From an uncultured bacterium (GTDB lineage: Bacteria > Patescibacteriota > JABMPQ01 > CAVVCK01), in contig CAVVCK010000001.1 of the NCBI GenBank assembly GCA_963746775.1, forward strand, positions 83,050 through 147,049: a stretch of DNA of 64,000 nucleotides, given 5' to 3'. The notes below the pieces were generated by a model that saw nothing but the letters and a program-made list of their open reading frames with translations, searched no databases and was not told the DNA's origin. Position numbers and translations under genes: made by a program. Below, piece by piece: positions 30,576 through 40,496 of the stretch (positions are counted from its first letter, which is position 1; every line of letters starts with the position of its first letter).

Positions 30576-32047
30576 TATTTTGGTAAATTTTGAACTAAAT
30601 TTGTAAATTGAGTAGCTCTATCTCTGTAATCTTTAAACATATCAAAGCTTTCACATCCAGGGGACATAATCACAACATCACCTGATTTAGCAGCCTTATG
30701 AGATGACTTAACTGCCTCATCTAGCGTTGAACATATTTTAATAAATGGTTCCTTACTATCTCCAGCTAACATTTTTTCCTCTACTTTATCTTTAATAACT
30801 CTCGCTTTTTCTCCAATTAATAATAATAGCTTAACTTTATTATTAACAATATCTTCAGCCATTTTCTCCATTTCATCGGGTATCTCTTTCTTCCTCGTTC
30901 CACCTGCAATCAAAATTATGGGGTAATTAAACGATTTTATAGCCATCCTTAAACCATCAGGATTACAAGCTGTTGAGTCGTTATAATATTTTACACCTTT
31001 TAATTCCCTAATTAATTCAATTCTAGACTTTAGCCCTCTAAAAGATGTGACTGTTTCTCTGATTATTTTTGTATTAACACCTCCCATAAAAGCTGCCAAC
31101 GATGCTGCTAGAACATTTTCTATATTATGAATTCCTGGAATATTCAAATCAAACCTTGAACAAATTTTATACTCACTATTATCTTTGGAAATAATCAAAT
31201 CATCATTTTTTAAAAAACTACCTTCATTTATTTTTTTCTTAACACTAAAGTAATATAATTTAGATGCTGTTGAAATACTTTGTAATTCTTTGGTGTTATA
31301 ATTTAATATAGCAATATCATCTTCTTGCTGATGTTCTAACAAACTCTTTTTTATTTCTACATAATCAATAAAATCATCATGGTCATCCAAGTGATTATGG
31401 GAAATATTAGTTATTACACCAATATGAGGACTTTTACCTAAATCTATTTTTAACTGTCTATTACTTACTTCTAAAATAAGCAGATCCTCCTTTTTAATAT
31501 CAAGAATTTTGTCTAAAATTTGCACATTTTCTCTATCATTTCCAGAAAAATAAACTTTTCCCGATTTATCTTCCCTGTCTTTTTTAAAAATTTCATATAT
31601 AAGTCTAGTTGTGGTTGATTTACCAGATGTTCCTGTTACAGCAATAATGGGTGCTTCACATAAATTAAAATAAAGCTTAGTTATGTTGCAAAATTCTATT
31701 TTCTTTTGCAGTTCCAAAAGCGGCTCATTAAAATCATATCTAAACCATGATTGAGGTACAAAAATCATCTCAGCCTGATCAATATCTTTTAAATATTCAT
31801 CTTTAAAATTAATCTTTATGCCTAAATTATCAATTTCTAAAAACATTTTTTCTTTTTCTTGCTCATCCAAAGCATCATGAAAAGCATAAAAATTCTTTTT
31901 AAATTCTTCTTTTTTACAAAAATCATGTCCGATAATATTTTTGAAGCCTTGCGATGCTAGAAATCTGACTATAGCTGATCCTTCATCACCGGAAATACCA
32001 ATGACATGTATATTTTTTTCTTTTAAATTTTCTAAAAAATTAGACAT
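30575..32047 (-). CDS. murD: UDP-N-acetylmuramoylalanine--D-glutamate ligase
   Basis: 490 aa. IAVTGTSGKSTTTRLIYEIF P-loop and Mur ligase central/C-terminal domains. Sits between ftsW and pgeF. Confidence 0.8.
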   Translation of the reverse strand: MSNFLENLKEKNIHVIGISGDEGSAIVRFLASQGFKNIIGHDFCKKEEFKKNFYAFHDALDEQEKEKMFLEIDNLGIKINFKDEYLKDIDQAEMIFVPQSWFRYDFNEPLLELQKKIEFCNITKLYFNLCEAPIIAVTGTSGKSTTTRLIYEIFKKDREDKSGKVYFSGNDRENVQILDKILDIKKEDLLILEVSNRQLKIDLGKSPHIGVITNISHNHLDDHDDFIDYVEIKKSLLEHQQEDDIAILNYNTKELQSISTASKLYYFSVKKKINEGSFLKNDDLIISKDNSEYKICSRFDLNIPGIHNIENVLAASLAAFMGGVNTKIIRETVTSFRGLKSRIELIRELKGVKYYNDSTACNPDGLRMAIKSFNYPIILIAGGTRKKEIPDEMEKMAEDIVNNKVKLLLLIGEKARVIKDKVEEKMLAGDSKEPFIKICSTLDEAVKSSHKAAKSGDVVIMSPGCESFDMFKDYRDRATQFTNLVQNLPK

Positions 32048-32048
32048 A

Positions 32049-32792
32049 TTATTTTTTTATCCCAATTATTGATAAAATTAACTTTTTGTAATTTTTCCTC
32101 TCTCTATAATTCGATGGTAACCCTAACTTATTATCACAGCCAGTACAAAGATTGGAAATTTCTATATTTTTTTCTAAAATTCCTAATTGTTCTAATTGTA
32201 TTTGAATTGCTTCCTGTAAATTAAGGTAAATTTTTTTATTACCTTGTCGTATTACGCTATTTCCAAATCGATTTACAAAATCCTTCACTCGATTATCTCT
32301 TACCTTGCTAACCTCATAACAACAATCCTGAATAGATGGGCCCAAATAACATTTTAAATCAGAATAACAAACTTTAAATGATTTATTCATCATTTTGGCA
32401 GTTTTTTGAGCAATTAATTCTAAAGTTCCCTTCCAACCAGAATGTACAATACCCATAGCTTTACTCTTAGGATCATAGAATGTTACAGGAACACAATCCG
32501 CCGTATAAACACCCAGATATAAATTCTTTTCAGCAGAAATCATGGCATCATTATTTAAAACAATATTTATATTTTTTGTTAGATATTTATTATCTACTAA
32601 TTTAATATTGTCAGTATGTTTCTGTTCTTGAAAAATTATTTTTTTACCTTCTAAACCTGATTTAATTAAAAATTCTTTAAATTCTCTACTTTTAAAATTA
32701 CTTTCAAAATATTCCCTAAAAGCTAACCGATCAATGATAATTGCTTTAAATAAAACTTCCTCAAATTTGCTAATTTTATCTGGATATATCAT
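32049..32792 (-). CDS. pgeF: YfiH/PgeF laccase-domain (purine nucleoside phosphorylase/peptidoglycan editing factor) protein
   Basis: 247 aa. TADCVPVTFYDPKSKAMGIVHSGWKGT contains the family Cys/His metal-ligand pattern. Confidence 0.7.
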   Translation of the reverse strand: MIYPDKISKFEEVLFKAIIIDRLAFREYFESNFKSREFKEFLIKSGLEGKKIIFQEQKHTDNIKLVDNKYLTKNINIVLNNDAMISAEKNLYLGVYTADCVPVTFYDPKSKAMGIVHSGWKGTLELIAQKTAKMMNKSFKVCYSDLKCYLGPSIQDCCYEVSKVRDNRVKDFVNRFGNSVIRQGNKKIYLNLQEAIQIQLEQLGILEKNIEISNLCTGCDNKLGLPSNYRERKNYKKLILSIIGIKK

Positions 32793-32798
32793 ATAAAG

Positions 32799-34439
32799 CT
32801 AGTCTTTTAACACCCTACCATACAAATTATCACTCTGTATCCCATCTCTAACTGCAATCATACCATTTACTATAACTGAATCAATTCCTTTCGGATATCT
32901 ATAGGGATTATCATAATCAGCCCTACCCTCAATTTTTTTAGGATCAATTATTACCAAATCAGCAAAATAATTCTTTTCAATTAATCCTCGTCTAGATAAA
33001 CCAACTTTCTGAGCCGGTAAATAAGTTATTTTTCTAATAGCCCCTTCCCAATTAATTATTTTTTTATCCACCACAAAATCTTTCAGAAATTTAGGGAAAG
33101 CACCAAAACACCTGGGATGTATTAGCTGCTCCTGTTCTTTGTTGTCTAGGCTGTAAGCTGCTCCATCAGAACAAACAATACTGTGCTCATTCTTTATCTG
33201 TTTTTCTAAATTCTCAAGCTTTATAAAATTTTCATCAGAAAAACAATTTATATTGCCTTTATTAGCTACAAGTAATTCTATTACTATTTCTTCAACATTC
33301 CTGCCTTCATTTAAAGCAATATTACCAATTTTCTTACCAATTAGTGTTTTATTATAATCTGAATAGGTTATTATAAAATTTTTAAAATCATAAGCTGACT
33401 TTCTTAAGTCACTAACAATCTGCTGAAAACCATTTTTATCTTTTAGTCTTTTTATCATTTCTTCTTTCCCACCTTGAATAACCCACTTGGGTAAATAAGC
33501 ATAAAGTGCCGTCCAGGCTCTTTGATAAGGATAAAAATCAAAATTTACATTCACACCCTTTTCTTTCTCTTTATTAATGCTATTCAAAATTTTATCAATA
33601 TTATTGTTATTAGCTGGGATTTTTAAATGAGAAATTTGTACTGATATATCATTTTTTGAAGCTATATTGAATGCTTCTTGCAATGATTTCTCTAATTCCT
33701 CCCCTTCGTCTCGCAAATGCATAGAGCATATTTTCCTATCACTTCTTAATATAGAAAATAATCTATGTATTTCATTAGTTTTTATAAAATTAGCATGAGC
33801 ATAGCCTAAGCCAATCGAAATTCCCAACGCTCCACTTGATAAACTATCTTCCAACATTTTCTTTAATAGCTTCATCTCATCATAACTAATATCTCTTACT
33901 TCATCATGAGTAATTACCCTTCTACATGTATTATATCCAACTAAAGTAGCAAAATTACAGGCTATCCCTTTTTTATCAATTTCATTTAAATATTCCTCAA
34001 AAGTAACCCAAGTTACATTAACACCAGTAGTATTAGTCCATCTTCTGGCATTTTTTAATATGCTTTCTCCTTGGGAAGGAGCTAGTAAAATATTTCTTTT
34101 GGTAAAAGGATTTTTAAATATTTTTTCTAGAGTATTTTTTGATGCTAGCGGTGCTAAAGATGTACCACAATTTCCACAAATCATAGTTGTTACGCCCTGA
34201 TTTATCATGCTAGCTACTCTTGGATTATTAAATAAAGTTAAATAACCATCCGTATGATTTAGAATATCAACAAAACCAGGAGTTATATATAAATTTCTAG
34301 CATCAATAATAACACTTCCTCTTAAATTAGATTTACTGATAACTTTTATTTTATCTTTTTTAAGACCAATATTAGCCTTAAACTTTTCTTGTCCAGTCCC
34401 ATCAATAATTGTGCCATTTTTAATAACTAAATCCAGCAT
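32799..34439 (-). CDS. Amidohydrolase-fold protein of the N-acyl-D-amino-acid deacylase (D-aminoacylase) family
   Basis: 546 aa. N-terminal VIKNGTIIDGTG ... IDARNLYITPGFVDILNHTDGY and overall length match D-aminoacylases. The first His of the usual HxH is replaced (NH). Confidence 0.55.
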   Translation of the reverse strand: MLDLVIKNGTIIDGTGQEKFKANIGLKKDKIKVISKSNLRGSVIIDARNLYITPGFVDILNHTDGYLTLFNNPRVASMINQGVTTMICGNCGTSLAPLASKNTLEKIFKNPFTKRNILLAPSQGESILKNARRWTNTTGVNVTWVTFEEYLNEIDKKGIACNFATLVGYNTCRRVITHDEVRDISYDEMKLLKKMLEDSLSSGALGISIGLGYAHANFIKTNEIHRLFSILRSDRKICSMHLRDEGEELEKSLQEAFNIASKNDISVQISHLKIPANNNNIDKILNSINKEKEKGVNVNFDFYPYQRAWTALYAYLPKWVIQGGKEEMIKRLKDKNGFQQIVSDLRKSAYDFKNFIITYSDYNKTLIGKKIGNIALNEGRNVEEIVIELLVANKGNINCFSDENFIKLENLEKQIKNEHSIVCSDGAAYSLDNKEQEQLIHPRCFGAFPKFLKDFVVDKKIINWEGAIRKITYLPAQKVGLSRRGLIEKNYFADLVIIDPKKIEGRADYDNPYRYPKGIDSVIVNGMIAVRDGIQSDNLYGRVLKD

Positions 34440-34446
34440 AAATTAT

Positions 34447-35385
34447 TTAAAATAAATTAAACATTTTTCCGATAAATATTATATATATTAATATAAATAT
34501 TGATCCTTCCCAATTATGTATCCTGCGAGATATACCTGTAAAAATCATTAAAAGCGTAGCTATAATTAAGAAAGGTATACCAATAGTTAGTGTTTCAGCT
34601 GATATTTTTAAGGGAGAAATTAAGGCAGCTGCACCAATAACTAATGTTCCATTAAAAATATTAGAACCAATAACATTACCAAGTGCTATTTCAAATTTTT
34701 GTCTCATAGCCGCTCTAACTGACACTGCTAGTTCTGGCAAAGAAGTACCCAAAGCTACAGCAGTTAATGATATAACCGAGGTGCCAATATTGGTTATTTT
34801 AGAAATATTAACAACTCCTTTGACTGTAAAATAAGCTCCTACAAAAACAAACGCCCCACTTATAATAATCCCAAGAATAGTCCAAAAATCTAGTTTTTCT
34901 TTTTTAGATAATTTATCTATTTCTCTTTCTCTAGAAACAACTGAATAATGAATATAAACAGCAAAACCAATAATACAAATTACTCCTTCAATAAAAGCAA
35001 ATTCTCCCCAATAAACACAAGTAACTATTAATAGAGCAGAAAAAGAAGCAAGCAAGGGAAGATCAATATTTATTAAATCCCGCTCCAGTACTATTTTTTT
35101 AGTTATGATTGAAGCAATACCCACAATAACTAAAATATTAAAAATATTTGAGCCAATTACATTAGCTGCTACAATATCTGTTGTACCATTATAGGCTGCA
35201 ATAATAGATGATACTAGCTCTGGCAAGGAAGTGCCAATTGACACAATAATGATTCCCACAATAAATGGTGGAATTCTTAGGGCTAAACCTAGCTTTTCAC
35301 TATAATTAGTAAAATAATCAGCTGCTTTAACTAATATCACCAAACTTAGAACAAATACTCCAAACCAAAATAGTAATTCTGTCAT
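34447..35385 (-). CDS. Ca2+/cation antiporter, CaCA family (YrbG-like)
   Basis: 312 aa. Duplicated alpha-repeats GTSLPELVSSI and GTSLPELAVSV. Confidence 0.8.
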   Translation of the reverse strand: MTELLFWFGVFVLSLVILVKAADYFTNYSEKLGLALRIPPFIVGIIIVSIGTSLPELVSSIIAAYNGTTDIVAANVIGSNIFNILVIVGIASIITKKIVLERDLINIDLPLLASFSALLIVTCVYWGEFAFIEGVICIIGFAVYIHYSVVSREREIDKLSKKEKLDFWTILGIIISGAFVFVGAYFTVKGVVNISKITNIGTSVISLTAVALGTSLPELAVSVRAAMRQKFEIALGNVIGSNIFNGTLVIGAAALISPLKISAETLTIGIPFLIIATLLMIFTGISRRIHNWEGSIFILIYIIFIGKMFNLF

Positions 35386-35398
35386 TTTTATTTATAAT

Positions 35399-36916
35399 TT
35401 ATTTTCTTATTTTTTCAGTTACCCAAAATCCCATATATTTACCAAACATCAATCTTGTCTGAGAATCTAGAGCTGGAAAAGACCCAAGAAAAATTGTTGA
35501 TATAGGCAAAAAAATCCATTGTACTAGCAATGAAAGTAATCTTCTTTTTTTTATTTTTTTATTTTTTTCCTGCTGGATATTAATAATCAAAAAACTCACT
35601 GTAGCGGACACTACCATACCTACCATCGCTAAGGTCATTAATATTTGCGTAATATAAGGAAGATTCTGAGCAAGCAACGTTTGAGTAAATTTTTCACCAC
35701 CTAGAATCAGAGGAAGCCAACCTAGCATAAATATAATTATAGCATTTGTCCCCCAGGAATGAAAACCCTCAATAAGCCAAAAAGAATGAATAAATTTTTT
35801 GAATTTTGGTATATATTTATTTTTCATAAAATTAAATAAAACATAAGGTACATTCTCCGCTCCATAAGCCCACCTTCTTTGTTGCTTGTACTGATTTTTT
35901 ATACTCTTCCAATACGTATCAGCCAATACTACGTCCATATAGACAGGTATCATTAAAGGAGTGGTCTTATAATCACCATTAAAATGCAAAAAACATTGCC
36001 AAAATATCCTCGAATCCTCTGATACTACATCCTTTTCCCAAAATCCAATTTCAACTAAAGTTTTAAAGCTCATACTGTGGCTAGAAAAAGTATACAGTTT
36101 CTCAGGCCTACTTTGCTCCATCATATTCCAAAAAGTAGTATTTAAACCAATTAATCTCATTAACAAGGGTGACTGCCAAAAATTATTAAAAAACATCGGA
36201 ACAGGTTGATAGCTAGAATTATGCGGATTGGGATTTTCTAAGAATTTATAAGTTAGGCAGCCAAAAAATTCTTTATGAACGCATGTATCAGAATCTAGAG
36301 TAGATAAAATCACATTTTCATATGGTATATTTTTTTGATCAATTATTTCTTGAGCAGCTCTAGCTGCCCAAGCCTCATTAGATCCCTTGCCAGCCACTTC
36401 ACCTTCAATATCTTTAGGGTGTTTGGTTATTAAAAAATAATTAAAATCCTGGCCATATAAATTTTTAATTTTTTCAGCATTTTTTTTACCTTCAATGCCA
36501 TCTCTTTCTTCATAAGCGAAAACAACTATTATTTTTTCTTTTGGATAATTCGATTCAGCCAAAGCTTTAAAAGAAGGCTTTAGAACTTCAAAATTTTCCT
36601 TATAAGTTGGTATAATAACTAAATGATAAATATTAGCCCACCTTTCACTAAATTTTTCCTGGCATAATTTTAACCAATTTACTGATAAATTATCTTTTAA
36701 TCTTCGATACGCACTTAATAAATAAAAGGCCAGATAACCCACCTTAATTAACCAATAAACATCGAAACAAATTATAAAAATAGCTACCCAAGTTGGTCTA
36801 ATAAAAGACAAAACAATACTGCCTATAATAGTAATCCAAGAGAGAGCTCCAGGCAGCATTTCAAAAAGACGATATATTCCTTTTTCTTTTTTATTTTTCA
36901 ACTGAGATGCATTCAT
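35399..36916 (-). CDS. Membrane-embedded processive family-2 glycosyltransferase (cellulose/chitin-synthase-like; QxxRW motif)
   Basis: 505 aa. D,D,D pattern (TLDSDT ... SED) and QQRRW near the TM region. Multiple TM helices on both sides. Confidence 0.65.
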   Translation of the reverse strand: MNASQLKNKKEKGIYRLFEMLPGALSWITIIGSIVLSFIRPTWVAIFIICFDVYWLIKVGYLAFYLLSAYRRLKDNLSVNWLKLCQEKFSERWANIYHLVIIPTYKENFEVLKPSFKALAESNYPKEKIIVVFAYEERDGIEGKKNAEKIKNLYGQDFNYFLITKHPKDIEGEVAGKGSNEAWAARAAQEIIDQKNIPYENVILSTLDSDTCVHKEFFGCLTYKFLENPNPHNSSYQPVPMFFNNFWQSPLLMRLIGLNTTFWNMMEQSRPEKLYTFSSHSMSFKTLVEIGFWEKDVVSEDSRIFWQCFLHFNGDYKTTPLMIPVYMDVVLADTYWKSIKNQYKQQRRWAYGAENVPYVLFNFMKNKYIPKFKKFIHSFWLIEGFHSWGTNAIIIFMLGWLPLILGGEKFTQTLLAQNLPYITQILMTLAMVGMVVSATVSFLIINIQQEKNKKIKKRRLLSLLVQWIFLPISTIFLGSFPALDSQTRLMFGKYMGFWVTEKIRK

Positions 36917-36920
36917 TTAT

Positions 36921-37298
36921 TTATCTTATGACTACCACACCTATTCCAGCTAAAAAAAGAAGACACTGAATAAAGAGACTGCTAAATAATAAAAATTGGG
37001 CAATAAATTTTTCCTTTGAAAAAATCAAATATGACAAAACTAAATTTATTAAAATAACTAGAAGTCCAATACTAGGAATGACAAAAGCTTGCGACCATCT
37101 ATCTATTACGTCTATCCCAAAATATATATTAAAATGAAGGGGAACAGGGAATTCAGAAGATTTTAATCTAAAAATTAAAAAAATCCAAATAACTATATTA
37201 AAAAGCACATTGGTTAATAAAGTAAAGATACAAACCTTATCTTTCCAAAATTTATTTTTAGTAATATTTGATAATCCTTCTTTTATTTTTTTATTCAT
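36921..37298 (-). CDS. Small polytopic membrane protein (hypothetical)
   Basis: 125 aa with 3-4 hydrophobic helices. No recognisable family. Confidence 0.4.
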   Translation of the reverse strand: MNKKIKEGLSNITKNKFWKDKVCIFTLLTNVLFNIVIWIFLIFRLKSSEFPVPLHFNIYFGIDVIDRWSQAFVIPSIGLLVILINLVLSYLIFSKEKFIAQFLLFSSLFIQCLLFLAGIGVVVIR

Positions 37299-38253
37299 CG
37301 TCTTGTTGTATATTATTTTCTATCAAAGAATCTGTCTGGACTTCTTTTTGCTCTGCATCTTCCCTGCTTTCATCACTGGCCATTCTGCGCCGATAGTAAA
37401 CCCAGCTCTCTACTCTTAAGTCAACATAATCTAACTCTTCTTCTGATAAATTCTGGCTAATTTCATTTTCAAAAACTAATTGTAAATTTGTTATCTGCTG
37501 ATCAATCTGCCTGTCAAGCGTAAAAAATATTTTCCAGTCATTTTCTGTTGTCACATCTACTTCGTCTGCCAAAGGACTAGGCAAAGCTACCTCTTTTATG
37601 TTAATTTTTATGGCTGGTAATTTTTCATATAGAGCTTTGATAAAATTAATATGTTTGGCATAAACTACATTTTCCTTCAATTTGACTTCCTTATTAAATG
37701 AATCATTTATAGTAAAAATGCCATTTTCAGTAAATTTTTCTACATTATCAACTTTTCCACGAACCAAACCATTTTCATCTAGATAATAATATTCATTATT
37801 GCTTTTCCATAAGGCAGCTGGCTTAGCTTCATTTACTTTTATTTTTAAAATATCAGGAAATTTTCGCACAACTTCAACAGAATCAATTTCCGATATTTGT
37901 TCCACAAGAGATTTTTCTATGGATTGTTTATCAAAAACAAATATATTTTTACCAGGTAAAATAAAATATCTTCTTTTGTTTAAAATAGGCCAAGCAATTT
38001 CTTTAACTTTCTCTTCATTTATAATTTGATGATTAACTACCACTATGCTTTTTATTTGAAAATAAGAATAATATGTTAAAAAATAAAATAAAATCAGAAA
38101 AATAGCTGCTATAATTATGCGTAATATCTTTATATTAAGAGATCCAGAAGGATATTTTTTCTTTTTTGGGACCTGACTAAAAGTACTTCTTATAAGCTTT
38201 CTTCTTTGAGCTCTAATTGATTTAAGTTTTAATTTTTTTCTAAAAGAAACCAT
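37291..38253 (-). CDS. ftsQ: Cell division protein FtsQ/DivIB (POTRA domain)
   Basis: 320 aa. Basic N-terminus, one TM, then IKSIVVVNHQIINEEKVKEIAW ... (POTRA-like). Immediately downstream of ddl, as in dcw clusters. Confidence 0.65.
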   Translation of the reverse strand: MVSFRKKLKLKSIRAQRRKLIRSTFSQVPKKKKYPSGSLNIKILRIIIAAIFLILFYFLTYYSYFQIKSIVVVNHQIINEEKVKEIAWPILNKRRYFILPGKNIFVFDKQSIEKSLVEQISEIDSVEVVRKFPDILKIKVNEAKPAALWKSNNEYYYLDENGLVRGKVDNVEKFTENGIFTINDSFNKEVKLKENVVYAKHINFIKALYEKLPAIKINIKEVALPSPLADEVDVTTENDWKIFFTLDRQIDQQITNLQLVFENEISQNLSEEELDYVDLRVESWVYYRRRMASDESREDAEQKEVQTDSLIENNIQQDDE

Positions 38254-38256
38254 TTT

Positions 38257-39237
38257 TTATTTTTTATTTCGGCTTTGGGCTAAATTTATAATTTCATCAA
38301 TTAATTTTTTATAACTAATTCCTGCTGCTTTTGCTTCTTTAGGAAAAATACTGGTTTCAGTAAAACCTGGTATTGTATTTATTTCATTAAAGTAGATCTG
38401 ACCACCTGCCACAAAAAAATCAACTCTGGCCATCCCTTCACATAGAACTAATTTATAAATTTTCTTGGCTAAATCTTTAATCTTGTTTGTTAAAACCTTA
38501 GGTAAATTAGCTGGCATTTGGTGATTAGACATTCCTGCTGTATATTTTGCTTCGTAATCATAAAATTCATTAGCAGGTAAAACTTCATCTAGAGGCAAAG
38601 CTTTTAATTCATAATTGCCTAATACCCCACAATGAATTTCCCGACCTTTAATATATTTTTCAACTAAAATCAAATTTGAATATTTTAAAGCAATCTCAAA
38701 ACCTTTAATAAAGTCTTGGTTATTCTTAGGTATACTTATACCAACACTAGATCCTAAATCATGTGGCTTTATTACACATGGAAAATTTAATTTATCTTTT
38801 ACTTTTTTAACAATTTCCGGCTTATTTACCTTCCATTCTTCTTTAGAAAAACTTAAATAATCAGGTATTAAAATCCCATTAGCCTGCATAATTTCTTTTG
38901 TCTTGAGCTTATCCATAGATAGCGCTGATGATAAGACCCCTGCACCAGTATAAGTAATATCAAGCATCTCAAATAAACCCTGAATAGTACCATCTTCGCT
39001 ATAAGGACCATGCATCATAATAAAAGCGACATCAACATTTTTGATTCTCTTTAAAGTATCAATGGTATTATTTGTCTTATCAGTTTTCCATACCCCAGTT
39101 CTTGTAATTTTGACAGGTGTAATTATGTATTTGCTTTTGTCTATATTGTCTAAAACAGCTTGTCCTGATGATAAGGATACTTCATGTTCTGCACTTTTCC
39201 CTCCCATTATAATAGCAATTTTTTTCTTTTTTCTCAT
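38257..39237 (-). CDS. ddl: D-alanine--D-alanine ligase
   Basis: 326 aa. IAIIMGGKSAEHEVSLSSG ... ATP-grasp motifs (EINTIPGFT). Confidence 0.9.
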   Translation of the reverse strand: MRKKKKIAIIMGGKSAEHEVSLSSGQAVLDNIDKSKYIITPVKITRTGVWKTDKTNNTIDTLKRIKNVDVAFIMMHGPYSEDGTIQGLFEMLDITYTGAGVLSSALSMDKLKTKEIMQANGILIPDYLSFSKEEWKVNKPEIVKKVKDKLNFPCVIKPHDLGSSVGISIPKNNQDFIKGFEIALKYSNLILVEKYIKGREIHCGVLGNYELKALPLDEVLPANEFYDYEAKYTAGMSNHQMPANLPKVLTNKIKDLAKKIYKLVLCEGMARVDFFVAGGQIYFNEINTIPGFTETSIFPKEAKAAGISYKKLIDEIINLAQSRNKK

Positions 39238-39251
39238 TTTTTAGAAATTAT

Positions 39252-39282
39252 CCGCCTCTTTCGGCAGATCTGCCTTGGGCGG
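39252..39282. repeat. GC-rich dyad element CCGCCTCTTTCGGCAGATCTGCCTTGGGCGG (copy A of a dispersed repeat; copy B at 52065-52090)
   Basis: A 31-bp GC island in an AT-rich intergenic region. Internal perfect palindrome GGCAGATCTGCC and outer CCGCC/GGCGG arms. 26 of 31 positions are shared with the copy at 52065-52090. Confidence 0.5.
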
Positions 39283-39309
39283 AGAAATTATTAATTAGAT
39301 ATTAATTTT

Positions 39310-40371
39310 CTATCCTCTTCCAATTAAACCTATTACTAATCCAACGGCTGCTGATATAAAAGTAATGATCCAAAATCTCATAGTTACTTTTGTTTCTGGC
39401 CATCCCCTAGCTTCAAAATGATGATGAATAGGCGTACTTAAAAATATTTTTTTGCCAAAAACTTTTTTTGAAATTATTTGTATAATAACTGAACCAGATT
39501 CTAATACTAGTGGAAAAGATATAATTGGCAGCACTAAAACAGAATTAGTTAACATAGCTACAACTCCTAAAGTCGTACCTAGAGACATTGCTCCTGTATC
39601 ACCCATAAAGAATCTGGCAGGATATATATTAAACCATAAAAATGCGAGCAGAGATCCAGCTATCACTCCGCAAAAAGAAGCTAATTCTATTTTACCTTGT
39701 ACAAAAGCAATTACTGCAAAAGCACCAAAACAAATTAAAACAATACCCCCCGCCAAACCATCTAAGCCGTCTGCCTCATTCATAGAAAAAGAAGTAGCTA
39801 CAATCACTAAAATAAATAAAGGTATATACCAGAAAGAAATACTAAAATCACCCATCGCTGGAACATGTATTACATCCCAACCTAATTTGTAATAAAACCA
39901 CAAAGCTCCTAATAGTGCTATTAATATATATAGAATTAGCTTTGGTACCATTCTTAGACCCCCACCAGAAGGACCAATTTTAAAAACATTCATTAAATCA
40001 TCAATTAAACCAACTATGGCTGTCGCTATGAGAGCAGCCAACGGCAACCAAGTTTCACCTCTAGTCAAAAAATTAAAATAATCAAAAAGCCAAAAATTAG
40101 AAAATTTATGTAATGTGAATATAAGCACAGCTAGAATTAAGGTAGTAACCCAAACTAGAACACCACCCATTGTCGGCGTTCCTTCCTTACCCTTATGCAT
40201 CTTTGTGTAAACTGGCGCACCTTCGGATCTAATACTTTTACCCAATTTATATTTATACATAAAATGAGTCAAAAGAGGCGTCCATAAAATAGCAAATATG
40301 AAAGCTAGGGCTGATAAAAATAATACTTTAACTACATTTTGTACCAAAACAATATCCTGAATTTCGTTCAT
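39310..40371 (-). CDS. mraY: Phospho-N-acetylmuramoyl-pentapeptide transferase
   Basis: 353 aa, 10 TM. MraY motifs LIDDLMNVFKIG, NEADGLDGLAGG, HHHFE. Confidence 0.9.
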   Translation of the reverse strand: MNEIQDIVLVQNVVKVLFLSALAFIFAILWTPLLTHFMYKYKLGKSIRSEGAPVYTKMHKGKEGTPTMGGVLVWVTTLILAVLIFTLHKFSNFWLFDYFNFLTRGETWLPLAALIATAIVGLIDDLMNVFKIGPSGGGLRMVPKLILYILIALLGALWFYYKLGWDVIHVPAMGDFSISFWYIPLFILVIVATSFSMNEADGLDGLAGGIVLICFGAFAVIAFVQGKIELASFCGVIAGSLLAFLWFNIYPARFFMGDTGAMSLGTTLGVVAMLTNSVLVLPIISFPLVLESGSVIIQIISKKVFGKKIFLSTPIHHHFEARGWPETKVTMRFWIITFISAAVGLVIGLIGRG

Positions 40372-40440
40372 TTTTTTATATTAATAAGAATAAGAAATTT
40401 AGTAATTCACATTATTAACTTTAATAAAATATAACAAAAA

Positions 40441-40476
40441 AAAGGCCTTTTGTCTAGTAAGCCTTTTTTATAAAAT
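40441..40476 (-). terminator. Weak hairpin (aaaaggc ... gcctttt, large loop) with T-run after dnaX
   Basis: aaaaaaggccttttgtctagtaagccttttttat lies 21 bp downstream of the dnaX stop. Confidence 0.3.
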
Positions 40477-40496
40477 TATTGGTATTTTTACCTAAA

